Positions 28,465 through 37,810 of a stretch of 64,000 nt of DNA are shown here, piece after piece. The DNA comes from Flavobacteriales bacterium (GTDB taxonomy: Bacteria > Bacteroidota > Bacteroidia > Flavobacteriales > UBA7312), in assembly GCA_037625715.1 (NCBI GenBank), contig JASJHQ010000076.1:469-64468 (forward strand), given 5' to 3'. Under the pieces are notes generated by a model. It searched no databases. It was not told the origin of the DNA and saw only the letters and a list, made by a program, of their open reading frames with translations. Position 1 is the stretch's first letter. Each line of letters begins with the position of its first letter. A program made the translations under genes and the position numbers.

Positions 28465-28611
28465 ATGTTTCTTGGTTTCCTACTCTTCTTAGTAATCGCT
28501 GGTATGGCTTTTTGGTTATTAACTTTTATCATTAGCTTTCTTCCGTATTGGATTGGCGTATGGTTTATTGAATCATACCGTAACAGAAATCTCGAGGAAG
28601 AGATTAAATAA
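28465..28611 (+). CDS. Candidate 48-aa small membrane protein, not in the ORF track
   Basis: Hand translation: MFLGFLLFLVIAGMAFWLLTFIISFLPYWIGVWFIESYRNRNLEEEIK-stop. An exact -7 box (tatttttg) lies 27 nt upstream. Confidence 0.35.
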   Translation: MFLGFLLFLVIAGMAFWLLTFIISFLPYWIGVWFIESYRNRNLEEEIK

Positions 28612-28945
28612 TTTCTAGCACTCTTTCTGGAGGTCTAGCTATCACTGCATTTTTATTGTTTACTACAATAGGTCTTTCCATTAACTTTGGATACTTAGCT
28701 ATTGCCATTATTGTTTCTTTGTGACTCAATGCTTTTCCCTTGTAGTTATCTTTCCATTCCATTTCATTTTTTCGAACTAACTCTTCAGGCTCTATTTTAA
28801 GAATAGAAATAATGTTTTCTAATTGATGTTGGCCTAAAGGGTTTTTCAAATAAAGCACTACTTCAAAATCATCGTGCTTTTGACTTAAAATATCAAGAGC
28901 TTGTCTACTTTTCGAACATCTTGGGTTGTGGTAAATTGTAATCAT
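28604..28945 (-). CDS. ArsC/Spx-family protein (arsenate reductase-like, YffB type)
   Basis: 113 aa with the N-terminal IYHNPRCSKSRQAL motif. Confidence 0.8.
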   Translation of the reverse strand: MITIYHNPRCSKSRQALDILSQKHDDFEVVLYLKNPLGQHQLENIISILKIEPEELVRKNEMEWKDNYKGKALSHKETIMAIAKYPKLMERPIVVNNKNAVIARPPERVLEII

Positions 28946-28947
28946 AA

Positions 28948-30036
28948 TTATTTTTGACCGAATTGCATTAAAAAGGCATTAATAAAATCATTTATTTCTC
29001 CATCTAATACGGCTTGAGTGTTAGATGTCTCATGATCTGTTCTTAAATCTTTTATTAATTTATAAGGATGAAGAACGTAATTTCTAATCTGAGAACCCCA
29101 TTCGATTTTCTTTTTACTTCCTTCAATTTTATCTTTCTCAGACTGTTTTTTCCTTAACTCAATCTCGTATAACTGAGACTTTAAAAGTTGCAACGCTTTA
29201 TCTTTATTTTCGAACTGAGAACGTGTTTCAGAGTTTTCAATAATAATTCCGGTAGGACTGTGTTTTAATCTAACTGCGGTTTCAATCTTGTTGACGCCTT
29301 GACCACCTGCTCCACCAGCTCTAAAAGTATCCCAAGTAATATGAGAAGGATTGATCTCTATTTCGATACTGTCATCAACTAAAGGATATACAAATACAGA
29401 AGAAAAAGAGGTATGCCTTTTAGCGTTAGAATCAAAAGGAGAAATCCGAACCAATCTATGAACTCCATTTTCACCTTTTAACTTACCAAAGGCAAAATCA
29501 CCATCAAATTGTAAGGTGACAGATTTAATTCCTGCAGCTTCTCCCGCATGAAAATCCAATTCCTTGACTTTAAATCCGTTTTTTTCTCCGAACATAATGT
29601 ACATTCTCATGAGCATTTCTGCCCAATCCTGACTTTCTGTTCCTCCTGCACCAGGGTTAATTACTACAACAGCAGGAAGATTATCCTCTTCCCCACTTAA
29701 CATATTCTTAAACTCTAAATCTTTTAGCTTTTTGAATGCTAGATTAAAGGCAACCATCACTTCTTGCTCACTTGCATCGCCTTCAGAAAAGAACTCGAAT
29801 AAAATAGAGAAATCATCAAATGATAATTTAAGATTATCAAAGTCGGTAACCCATATTTTATCTTTATTAATTGCTTTTAAAAACAATTCGGCCTTTTTAG
29901 GATCATTCCAAAAGTCAGCTTGTTGACTAACTTTTTCATCTTCCTCTACTCTATTTCGCTTAACATCTATATCTAAATAATTGATAAGGGCAACAAGCCT
30001 ATCTTGAAAATCTTTTATTTGTTCACTAGTAACCAT
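28948..30036 (-). CDS. prfB: Peptide chain release factor 2 (uninterrupted reading frame)
   Basis: SPF motif (RISPFDS) and GGQ motif ([11 protein letters not shown]). The N-terminal region [16 protein letters not shown] is in frame, so no +1 frameshift site is present. Confidence 0.95.
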   Translation of the reverse strand: MVTSEQIKDFQDRLVALINYLDIDVKRNRVEEDEKVSQQADFWNDPKKAELFLKAINKDKIWVTDFDNLKLSFDDFSILFEFFSEGDASEQEVMVAFNLAFKKLKDLEFKNMLSGEEDNLPAVVVINPGAGGTESQDWAEMLMRMYIMFGEKNGFKVKELDFHAGEAAGIKSVTLQFDGDFAFGKLKGENGVHRLVRISPFDSNAKRHTSFSSVFVYPLVDDSIEIEINPSHITWDTFRAGGAGGQGVNKIETAVRLKHSPTGIIIENSETRSQFENKDKALQLLKSQLYEIELRKKQSEKDKIEGSKKKIEWGSQIRNYVLHPYKLIKDLRTDHETSNTQAVLDGEINDFINAFLMQFGQK

Positions 30037-30052
30037 ACACTAACAAAAGTAA

Positions 30053-30520
30053 CTAATTTAGTTGACGAATACAGTCCCACACAAACTCAGATTCGTATCC
30101 TTTTCTCATCATATAATCTGCTAATTTTTTCTTTTTTGTAAATATGTTTTTGTCTTTAAGAGTTAAAGACTTTTTTTGTATTAAATCATTAGCTACGGAA
30201 ATGTAATCATCAAAATCTATCGTTTTCAATGCGCTATCAATACAAACTCGAGAAATTTTAAGCTTTTTTAATTCAAAAATTATTTTTTTCCTTCCCCATT
30301 TCTTAATCTTAAACTTTCCACTACAAAAACTATCAGCAAAACGCTGATCGTTTACATAATCTTCTTGTATTAGTTCTATTAAAATATCTTCACTAACGCC
30401 ATCACTTACACCATAAGCTTTCAACTTTTCTAGGACTTGAAACTGGCATCTATCCGATTTGGCACAGTAATTTCGAATAAGAAACTTACTTCTTTTTATA
30501 TCATAAATTTTTGATTCCAT
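30053..30520 (-). CDS. recX: Regulatory protein RecX
   Basis: 155-aa helical-repeat protein (YVNDQRFADSF, ADYMMRKGYE). It lies 16 nt upstream of prfB. Confidence 0.7.
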   Translation of the reverse strand: MESKIYDIKRSKFLIRNYCAKSDRCQFQVLEKLKAYGVSDGVSEDILIELIQEDYVNDQRFADSFCSGKFKIKKWGRKKIIFELKKLKISRVCIDSALKTIDFDDYISVANDLIQKKSLTLKDKNIFTKKKKLADYMMRKGYESEFVWDCIRQLN

Positions 30521-30526
30521 CTACTC

Positions 30527-30534
30527 CAAAGATA
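30527..30534 (-). promoter_or_regulatory. -7 box TAnnTTTG (tatctttg), 6 nt before recX ATG (leaderless geometry)
   Basis: Exact match; gagtag lies between the box and ATG 30520. Confidence 0.5.
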
Positions 30535-30535
30535 G

Positions 30536-30543
30536 TACATTTG
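30536..30543 (+). promoter_or_regulatory. -7 box TAnnTTTG (tacatttg), 6 nt before MFS ATG (leaderless geometry)
   Basis: Exact match; caaccg lies between the box and ATG 30550. Confidence 0.5.
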
Positions 30544-30549
30544 CAACCG

Positions 30550-31827
30550 ATGAAGAATAAACAAGCGATAACACTATTATTTATTGCCAACATTATCTCT
30601 GGCTTTGCTCAAGGGATAAGTATGTTGGCCATTCCTTGGTATTTTGCAGATATTTTAAAACTACCAAGAGTCTACGCCCTAGGTTATGCCATATTAACAT
30701 TTTTGAGCCTATTTTGGAGCCTTTATTCTGGCACGTTGATAGATAAGTACTCTAGGAAGAAAATGTTTCTTTATTCTAATCTTTGTTGTGCATTGTTAAT
30801 CGGAACAATTGCTTGCTTCGGAATTATTAATGAGGGAACACCTTGGATATTAGCTCTTTTAGTCTTTGGAATAACCATGTTCCATTACAACATTCACTAC
30901 CCAAACCTATATGCTTTTGGTCAAGAAATTTCAGACCCTAAGGACTACGGAAAACTTAATTCTTACATCGAAATTCAAGGGCAATCTACCAGTATTTTTG
31001 CAGGAGGCTTTGCAGCATTATTACTCACGGGAACAAGCGGAAATAATCTTAATATTTTAGGATTGGAAATCCCTATGCCATTTGAAATTGAAAAGTGGCA
31101 AATTCATGAAATATTTTTGATGGATTCCATTACATACGCTTTAGCATTTATTATAATACTCTTCATTAAATACAAACCATTAGAGAACAAAATAGTTGAC
31201 GTTGGCTCTGTTTTCGATAGACTAAGTCAAGGAATCAATTTTCTAAAAAGCAATTACCTGCTATTTATTTTTGGGCTTTGTTCGTATATGATTTTTACCT
31301 TTTTAATTGTCGAAATGTTCATATTAGTTCCTAACTACGTAAGCAACTATTTGCTAGAGGGAGGAAATGTTTTTGCATCTTCAGAAGTATATTATTCGAT
31401 AGGAGCGGTCATTTCGGGCATTAGCATTAGAAAGCTTTTTGACAAAAAAAATCCTGTTTTTGGGGTAATTGTAATGATGATAGCAACTATACTTAGTTGT
31501 TTTATTCTAATATTTACAAAAAATGTATTCGCATTTTATTTCGTAAGTTTTATCATCGGAATAAGTAATGCAGGAACAAGAATTTTAAGAATCACCTATC
31601 TATTTTCTCATATTCCAAACCACATAATAGGAAGGGTTGGAAGTGTATTCAATTGTATGAGTGTAATTATTCGAACAGTGTTAATTTCAATTTTTACAAT
31701 GAAATTCTTTTCACAAGGAGACACCATTAAATGGGGATACCTAATAGGAATAATATTATTAACGATAGCATTAATACCCCTAATTAGGAACTATAAAAAA
31801 TTAGTGAATTTAAAAGCTACTAGTTAG
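30550..31827 (+). CDS. MFS transporter
   Basis: Polytopic membrane ORF. The start is moved to ATG 30550 (MKNKQAITLLFIAN), because the track TTG at 30511 overlaps recX. Confidence 0.7.
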   Translation: MKNKQAITLLFIANIISGFAQGISMLAIPWYFADILKLPRVYALGYAILTFLSLFWSLYSGTLIDKYSRKKMFLYSNLCCALLIGTIACFGIINEGTPWILALLVFGITMFHYNIHYPNLYAFGQEISDPKDYGKLNSYIEIQGQSTSIFAGGFAALLLTGTSGNNLNILGLEIPMPFEIEKWQIHEIFLMDSITYALAFIIILFIKYKPLENKIVDVGSVFDRLSQGINFLKSNYLLFIFGLCSYMIFTFLIVEMFILVPNYVSNYLLEGGNVFASSEVYYSIGAVISGISIRKLFDKKNPVFGVIVMMIATILSCFILIFTKNVFAFYFVSFIIGISNAGTRILRITYLFSHIPNHIIGRVGSVFNCMSVIIRTVLISIFTMKFFSQGDTIKWGYLIGIILLTIALIPLIRNYKKLVNLKATS

Positions 31828-33367
31828 TAATTACTTTTCTTTCTTTATTAAAGAAACGATATTGTAGCATGTGATAAGTAGTATCTTCTTCTACAACAAG
31901 CTTACAACCAAACTCCTTAGCCCATTGACGACGCTGAGAGTTTAACCATCCTTGTTTAATATAACTTACAATAAAAGGATGAGCCTTAAGAATCAAGTAA
32001 TTTGATTTTTCAGATGCTTTAGAAATATGTTGACCGATCTCATCTATAAGTAAAATACTTGCTTCTGTTTTACCAGTACCGTTACAAACAACACAACCCT
32101 CTTTAGTCTCGATATTAAGCACAGGGCGAACGCGTTGTCTTGTAATTTCAATCAATCCAAATCTAGAAGGAGGAAGAATGTGATGTTTGGCTTTATCATC
32201 CTTCATAAACTCAACTAAAGCATCGTATAATTTCTTTCTGTTGGCAGCAACATACATGTCAATAAAATCGACAACAATAATACCACCCATGTCCCTTAGT
32301 CTTAATTGTCTGGCTACTTCTTCAGCAGAAATTAAGTTAACTTCTAGAGCATTATCTTCTTGGTCCTTTTTGGAATCTACTCTTTTACCACTATTAACGT
32401 CAATAACGTGCATAGCTTCAGTATGCTCTATAACTAAATAAGTGCTTTTACGCATTGTTACAGACTTACCAAAAGAAGATTTTATTTGTTTTTCAATTTG
32501 ATACTTTTGGAAAAGAGGAACTTTACCAGTATATAACTTAACAATATCTTCTTGTTCAGGAGAAATTGTTCCGATATAATCTTTAATTTCAGAGTGCAAC
32601 TTTTCGTTATTCACTAAGATATTTACAAAGTCATCACTCAACAAATCTCTTAAAAGAGAAGTTGATCTACCAAGTTCGCCATGAACTTTTGCTGGAGCGT
32701 TTGCTACTTTGATTTGTTTGTAAAGAAGTTGCCATTTTTTATATAAAAACTTAAGGTCAGCATCTAATTCCGCTACCATTTTACCATTAGCAACCGTTCT
32801 AATTATTACACCGAAACCAGGAGGCTTGATGCTCATTACCAAACGTTTTAAACGTTTCTTTTCTTCGTTAGATTGTATTTTTTGAGATACAGAAACTTTA
32901 TCAGAAAAGGGAACTAAAACCATATAACGACCGGCAATAGTTAACTCAGTTGTTAAACGGGGTCCTTTTGTTGAGATAGGCTCTTTAGCTACCTGTACAA
33001 GTATTTTATTTCCGCTTTGTAGTGTTTCATTAATCTTGCCGTCTTTTTCTAATTCTTCTAAAACCTTAAAGTTTTTTAAAGAAGCAGTATTAAGTTTTTT
33101 GGCAATATTTTTTTGAAGAAATTGATTAAATGTTTTGTACTTAGGACCTAGGTCAAGATAGTGTAAGAAACCATCTTTCTCAAAGCCTACATCAACAAAG
33201 GCTGCATTTAAACCAGGAACAATTTTTTTAACAGTTCCAAGATATATATCCCCTACAGAAAACTTATTTTCCAAAGGTTCTTTGTGCAACTCTGTTAACT
33301 GCTTATCCTTAAGTAAAGCAATAACAATTTCGCTAGGACGAGAATCGACTAATATTTCAAATTTCAA
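31820..33367 (-). CDS. rng: Ribonuclease E/G family endoribonuclease
   Basis: 515 aa with an S1 domain (VGDIYLGTVKKIVPGLNAAFVDVG) and a catalytic core (IDVNSG, GGIIVVDFIDM). The start is TTG. Confidence 0.9.
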   Translation of the reverse strand: MKFEILVDSRPSEIVIALLKDKQLTELHKEPLENKFSVGDIYLGTVKKIVPGLNAAFVDVGFEKDGFLHYLDLGPKYKTFNQFLQKNIAKKLNTASLKNFKVLEELEKDGKINETLQSGNKILVQVAKEPISTKGPRLTTELTIAGRYMVLVPFSDKVSVSQKIQSNEEKKRLKRLVMSIKPPGFGVIIRTVANGKMVAELDADLKFLYKKWQLLYKQIKVANAPAKVHGELGRSTSLLRDLLSDDFVNILVNNEKLHSEIKDYIGTISPEQEDIVKLYTGKVPLFQKYQIEKQIKSSFGKSVTMRKSTYLVIEHTEAMHVIDVNSGKRVDSKKDQEDNALEVNLISAEEVARQLRLRDMGGIIVVDFIDMYVAANRKKLYDALVEFMKDDKAKHHILPPSRFGLIEITRQRVRPVLNIETKEGCVVCNGTGKTEASILLIDEIGQHISKASEKSNYLILKAHPFIVSYIKQGWLNSQRRQWAKEFGCKLVVEEDTTYHMLQYRFFNKERKVITN

Positions 33368-33389
33368 AAGATGTGTGGTATATATACAG

Positions 33390-33414
33390 GCATAGCTCCG
33401 TAAGGAGCGTATGC
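33390..33414 (-). other. Stem-loop in the rng 5' region / 3' of the 29-aa basic ORF
   Basis: gcatagctcc-gtaa-ggagcgtatgc: two 5-bp helices with one bulged base and a 4-nt loop, 23-47 nt upstream of the rng TTG start. No U-tract follows on the transcribed (minus) strand. Confidence 0.4.
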
Positions 33415-33446
33415 TAGTAGATTAGATAAAATAAGTAAGGTAAATA

Positions 33447-33536
33447 TTACTTTTTCTTATGTCTATTTTTTCTTAAACGTTTTTTACGTTTATGAGTAGC
33501 CATCTTATGTCTTTTTCTTTTCTTTCCGTTTGGCAT
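33447..33536 (-). CDS. 29-aa highly basic protein, resembles bS22-type small ribosomal proteins; not in the ORF track
   Basis: Hand translation: MPNGKKRKRHKMATHKRKKRLRKNRHKKK-stop. It lies between hup and rng on the same strand. Confidence 0.5.
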   Translation of the reverse strand: MPNGKKRKRHKMATHKRKKRLRKNRHKKK

Positions 33537-33579
33537 GCTAAATATTTTTAAATTCTTTTATTTGTTTTATTATCTGGTA

Positions 33580-33870
33580 TTATTTTCCAGATGTTTTTTC
33601 TTTAACCTGATTTACAAAAGCTTTAGATGGTTTAAAAACAGGTACTTTATGAGCTGGAATGATAATTGTTGTGTTTTTTGATATGTTTCTACCCGTCTTC
33701 TCCGCTCTTTCTTTAATTTTAAAAGAACCAAACCCTCTTAAAAACACATCTTCTTCACTACAAATTGAGTTTTTAACCTCACTCATAAAAGCCTCAACAA
33801 CAGCCTGAACATCAATCTTTTCGATTCCTATTTTATTAGATATAGAAGCTATAATTTCTGCTTTCGTCAT
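33580..33870 (-). CDS. hup: HU-family DNA-binding protein
   Basis: 96 aa with FLRGFGSFKIKERAEKTGRN..IPAHKVPVFKPSKAF, typical of HU/IHF. Confidence 0.9.
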   Translation of the reverse strand: MTKAEIIASISNKIGIEKIDVQAVVEAFMSEVKNSICSEEDVFLRGFGSFKIKERAEKTGRNISKNTTIIIPAHKVPVFKPSKAFVNQVKEKTSGK

Positions 33871-33962
33871 GCTAAATGCTTTAAATCAAACTTGACTAAA
33901 TTACGTCAAATTTTAGGTTGTAAATATAATCTTTTATCTTATTGTAGATTATAAATATGTCA

Positions 33963-33970
33963 TATTTTTG
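33963..33970 (+). promoter_or_regulatory. -7 box TAnnTTTG (tatttttg) upstream of mutY
   Basis: Exact match, 15 nt upstream of ATG 33986. Confidence 0.5.
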
Positions 33971-33985
33971 TTGTTTAATACAAAA

Positions 33986-35032
33986 ATGAACTTTTCACAG
34001 GAAATAATAAATTGGTACAACCTTAACAAAAGAGAATTACCATGGAGAAATACAAAAGATCCATATAAAATCTGGTTGTCTGAAATTATATTGCAACAAA
34101 CCAAGGTAGCCCAAGGCCTTCCCTACTATCAAAAGTTTTGCGAAACATTTCCAAATGTTGAAAAATTAGCAAATGCTAAAGAAGAAAAAGTATTAAAATT
34201 ATGGCAAGGATTAGGATACTACTCTAGGGCAAGAAACCTTCACTTTGCATCAAAACAAATAATAAATACTTTCGAAGGCAAATTTCCTAACAACCACAAA
34301 GACATCCTCTCCCTAAAAGGTGTTGGCGAATATACTGCAGCTGCAATCGCATCCTTTGCCTACAAATTACCTTATGCAGTAGTAGATGGAAATGTATTCC
34401 GTCTATTATCAAGATTTTACGGAATAGACACTCCAATAAATTCAAGTCCTGGAAAGAAACTATTTTCAGAATTAGCCCAAACAGTTTTAGACAAAACTAG
34501 ACCAGACATAAACAACCAGGCTATTATGGAGTTTGGAGCACTAATGTGCAAACCAAAAGACCCAAATTGCAATAAATGCACACTTCAAGATAACTGCAAA
34601 GCATTTCAAAAAAATGAAATAGACAAGCTTCCTGTCAAAATCAAAAAAGGAAAGCAAAAGAAACTATACTTCGAATATCTATTCATAACCAAGAAAGAAA
34701 ACACCTATATCAATAAAAGAGTTGACAAAGGAATATGGCAAAATTTGTACGAATTCCCGTATTTAGAATTTGAACAAAGCGAATCAGAAGAAGAAGTAAT
34801 AAATAATATAAAAACCAACAAATTCTTAAACGGGGCAAAATTTAAACTTATAAAAACTAGCGAAATACACAAGCATATATTAAGCCACAGAATTATAAAC
34901 GCAAGGGTATGGCACATAGAGATAGAGGACGATTTAAAAGAGAATAAATGGAATAAAGTGGCAATAGAATCTATAAATGATTATCCTATGTCAAGGCTAA
35001 TGGAAATATTTTTAGAAACTAATGCTTTTTAA
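33986..35032 (+). CDS. mutY: A/G-specific adenine DNA glycosylase
   Basis: WYNLNKRELPWR, the HhH region, the 4Fe-4S Cys cluster CKPKDPNCNKCTLQDNC and a NUDIX-like C-terminus. The start is moved to ATG 33986. Confidence 0.93.
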   Translation: MNFSQEIINWYNLNKRELPWRNTKDPYKIWLSEIILQQTKVAQGLPYYQKFCETFPNVEKLANAKEEKVLKLWQGLGYYSRARNLHFASKQIINTFEGKFPNNHKDILSLKGVGEYTAAAIASFAYKLPYAVVDGNVFRLLSRFYGIDTPINSSPGKKLFSELAQTVLDKTRPDINNQAIMEFGALMCKPKDPNCNKCTLQDNCKAFQKNEIDKLPVKIKKGKQKKLYFEYLFITKKENTYINKRVDKGIWQNLYEFPYLEFEQSESEEEVINNIKTNKFLNGAKFKLIKTSEIHKHILSHRIINARVWHIEIEDDLKENKWNKVAIESINDYPMSRLMEIFLETNAF

Positions 35033-35048
35033 AAAAGATAAAAAATCA

Positions 35049-35056
35049 TATATTTG
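35049..35056 (+). promoter_or_regulatory. -7 box TAnnTTTG (tatatttg) upstream of ssb
   Basis: Exact match, 30 nt upstream of ATG 35087. Confidence 0.5.
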
Positions 35057-35086
35057 AGTGTTACAAACCCTTAAAAACATAAAAAA

Positions 35087-35509
35087 ATGGCTAGTATAAA
35101 TAAAGTTATTCTAATAGGAAATCTTGGTAAAGACCCCGAAGTAAGACATTTTGAAAATGGTGGCTCAATCGCACGATTTAGCATTGCAACTTCAGAAACA
35201 TACATCAAAAAAGACACCGAAGAAAAAGTAACACAAACAGAATGGCATACGGTAGTTACTAGAGGAGGACTTGCTGCTAAAGTGGTAGAACCTTACTTGA
35301 AAAAAGGAAACAGCGTATACGTTGAAGGAAAACTTAGAACAAGATCATGGGAAGATAAAAATGGTGAAACAAAATATACGACAGAAGTATTTTGCGACAA
35401 ATTAGAACTTTTAGGAAAAAAGTCTGACAATGAAATCAATACTAACGAAAATCCTTCTGCAGAAAAACAAAACTCTAGTGATGAACCTGGAGATAATTTA
35501 CCTTTTTAA
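35087..35509 (+). CDS. ssb: Single-stranded DNA-binding protein
   Basis: OB fold (NKVILIGNLGKDPEV) and an acidic tail ending DNLPF. Confidence 0.95.
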   Translation: MASINKVILIGNLGKDPEVRHFENGGSIARFSIATSETYIKKDTEEKVTQTEWHTVVTRGGLAAKVVEPYLKKGNSVYVEGKLRTRSWEDKNGETKYTTEVFCDKLELLGKKSDNEINTNENPSAEKQNSSDEPGDNLPF

Positions 35510-35518
35510 TATATAATT

Positions 35519-36832
35519 TTGGACGAAGACCCTTATCAATTACCATTGTATTTTATTCAAAGCTATCAAACATCTTCAGATTCAAATCTGATTATTTTGA
35601 TGTTTGTAATTAGCTTTTTAATTATTTGTTCTGCTTTAATATCAGGATCAGAAGTAGCATTTTTCTCTATCGATCCTAAAAAGTGGAACAAAAAAGAAGA
35701 GAAAATTAGCTATAAATTAATCGGTAAGCTGCTTGAAAAACCCAACAAACTATTAGCTACAATATTAATTGCTAATAATTTTGTTAACGTAGGTATAATC
35801 ATACTATCTACCTACATCACATCAAACGTTTTTAATTTTGAATCTGCACCTATTCTAAAGTTTGTAATTCAAGTAGTAGCGGTTACCTTTTTACTACTAA
35901 TGCTAGGAGAACTTATACCAAAAGTATTTGCTAATCAAAACCCGCTAAAGTTTGCAAGAATAATGGCGCGCCCTTTAATGTTTTTAAACAAGCTATTCTA
36001 TCCTCTAAGTAGCGTACTAGTTCATTCTACCTCATTTATCGAAAAAAGATTTAACTCCAAAGGATACAATATTTCGGTAGATGACCTGTCAAATGTTCTG
36101 GACATTGCTGGAGAAAATGACACTAATATCGAAGAAAAAAGAATTCTAAGGTCTATAGTAGAATTTGGAAACATTCAAGTGAAAGAAATCATGAAGTCGA
36201 GAGTGGATGTTACTGCATTCTCAATTAATACATCTTTCGATAAAGTAAAAAAAGAAATTATAAAATCAGGGTATTCAAGAACTCCAGTTTATAGCGAGAG
36301 TTTTGATAAAATAAAAGGCATATTGTATATAAAAGATTTGCTTCCACACTTAGACACACCAGATTTTGAATGGAAAACAATTTTAAGAAGTCCATTTTTT
36401 GTTCCAGAAGGCAAAATGATTGATGATTTAATGAGAGAGTTTCAGCAGAAAAAAATTCATTTAGCAATCGTAGTAGACGAATACGGAGGAACATCAGGAA
36501 TCGTAACTCTAGAAGATATAATAGAAGAAATTGTTGGAGATATTAATGATGAATTTGATGATGATGGAGTAAAATTTTCTAAGCTAGATAGTCAAAATTA
36601 CATTTTTGAAGGAAAGACTTCTATCAACGATGCCTTGAAAATTTTAAACTTAGAATTCGATTACTTTGACGAAATAAAAGGGGAATCTGATTCTTTGGCT
36701 GGTTTAATTTTAGAGATGAAAGGAAACATTCCTGACGTTGGGGAAGTTTTGAAGTTTAATCATTTAACTTTCAAAATTGAATCAGTAGACAAAAGAAGAA
36801 TCAAAAGAGTTAAAATTACAATAGATGAATAA
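35519..36832 (+). CDS. gldE: Gliding motility-associated protein GldE (CNNM/CorC-HlyC family: DUF21 + CBS pair + CorC_HlyC)
   Basis: 437 aa with an N-terminal 4-TM DUF21, a CBS pair and the C-terminal transporter-associated domain. The mutY-ssb-gldE-gldD order matches what is described for Flavobacterium johnsoniae. The start is TTG. Confidence 0.8.
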   Translation: MDEDPYQLPLYFIQSYQTSSDSNLIILMFVISFLIICSALISGSEVAFFSIDPKKWNKKEEKISYKLIGKLLEKPNKLLATILIANNFVNVGIIILSTYITSNVFNFESAPILKFVIQVVAVTFLLLMLGELIPKVFANQNPLKFARIMARPLMFLNKLFYPLSSVLVHSTSFIEKRFNSKGYNISVDDLSNVLDIAGENDTNIEEKRILRSIVEFGNIQVKEIMKSRVDVTAFSINTSFDKVKKEIIKSGYSRTPVYSESFDKIKGILYIKDLLPHLDTPDFEWKTILRSPFFVPEGKMIDDLMREFQQKKIHLAIVVDEYGGTSGIVTLEDIIEEIVGDINDEFDDDGVKFSKLDSQNYIFEGKTSINDALKILNLEFDYFDEIKGESDSLAGLILEMKGNIPDVGEVLKFNHLTFKIESVDKRRIKRVKITIDE

Positions 36833-37370
36833 ATTTTGGTTAGTATTATTAATTCCTTTTATTGCTTGTAATCAGTCCTACACTCCTAAACCAAAAGGGT
36901 TCGCTAGAATTGATTTTCCAGAAAAAAATTGGAGTTTATCTGACATTGATTGTCCATTCGACTTCCAGAAACCGTCTTACTTAAGAGTAATAGAAAAAAA
37001 AGAAAATTGTTGGTTTGATCTTTACTTCGAACAATTTAACGGCACTCTACACATGAGCTACAAAGAAGTTAATGACAATGTAAATACGTATGTTGAAGAG
37101 AGCAGAAATCTAGCTTTTAAACATTCTAAAGTAGCAAACGCTATTAATGAGCAAGCATTCATTAATAAGAAATCAAATGTGTATGGATTAGTATATACTT
37201 TTGAAGGAGCAACAGCAACCGGAATGCAGTTTTACTTAACAGATAGCACCAATCATTTCGTAAGAGGTGCATTATACTTTAATACTGCAATGAATGACTC
37301 GTTAATTCCGATCAACAACTTTATAAACCAGGACGTTTACAATATTATAGAAAGTTGGGAGTGGAAATAA
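36825..37370 (+). CDS. gldD: Gliding motility lipoprotein GldD
   Basis: 181 aa with a lipoprotein signal MNKFWLVLLIPFIAC. It overlaps gldE by 8 nt, and its size and position match gldD. Confidence 0.75.
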   Translation: MNKFWLVLLIPFIACNQSYTPKPKGFARIDFPEKNWSLSDIDCPFDFQKPSYLRVIEKKENCWFDLYFEQFNGTLHMSYKEVNDNVNTYVEESRNLAFKHSKVANAINEQAFINKKSNVYGLVYTFEGATATGMQFYLTDSTNHFVRGALYFNTAMNDSLIPINNFINQDVYNIIESWEWK

Positions 37371-37808
37371 TTATGCTAGAGTTGCTTTCACAATCTGAGC
37401 TATAATTTTACCATCAGCCTTACCTGCCAATTTTTGATTAACAAGACCCATCACTTTACCCATATCAGCCATAGAAGCAGCTCCAGTAGAAGATATAACC
37501 TCCTCTACTATTGTCTTAATTTCTGACTCATCCATTTGTTTAGGTAAAAATTTCTCCAAAATCTTTATTTGAGCTATTTCATCATCAGCTAAATCTTGTC
37601 TTGACTGATCAATATAAATTTGAGCAGCATCTTTACGTTGCTTAACTTGCTTGTGAATGATTTTCTGCATACCAGCCTCATCCATTTCGCTCGCTCCCTT
37701 TTCAGTTTGGGCCATTATAACTGCTGATTTCACAGCTCTTAAAGATGCTAGCTTTACTGAATCTTTATCCAGCATTGCTTGCTTAATTTCTTTGTTTATA
37801 TCTAACAT
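37371..37808 (-). CDS. GatB/YqeY domain-containing protein
   Basis: 145-aa helical protein with LRAVKSAV..KQRKDAA..EIAQIKILEKFLPKQM, typical of YqeY. Confidence 0.85.
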   Translation of the reverse strand: MLDINKEIKQAMLDKDSVKLASLRAVKSAVIMAQTEKGASEMDEAGMQKIIHKQVKQRKDAAQIYIDQSRQDLADDEIAQIKILEKFLPKQMDESEIKTIVEEVISSTGAASMADMGKVMGLVNQKLAGKADGKIIAQIVKATLA

Positions 37809-37810
37809 AA

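Noticed and set aside
29950-29990. I looked for the programmed +1 frameshift site (CUU UGA C) typical of many bacterial prfB genes.
   Set aside because: The corresponding region reads ..atc aat tat tta gat ata gat.. (INYLDID), in frame with no internal stop. The RF2 gene is a single uninterrupted ORF, which fits an organism that does not use Shine-Dalgarno pairing.
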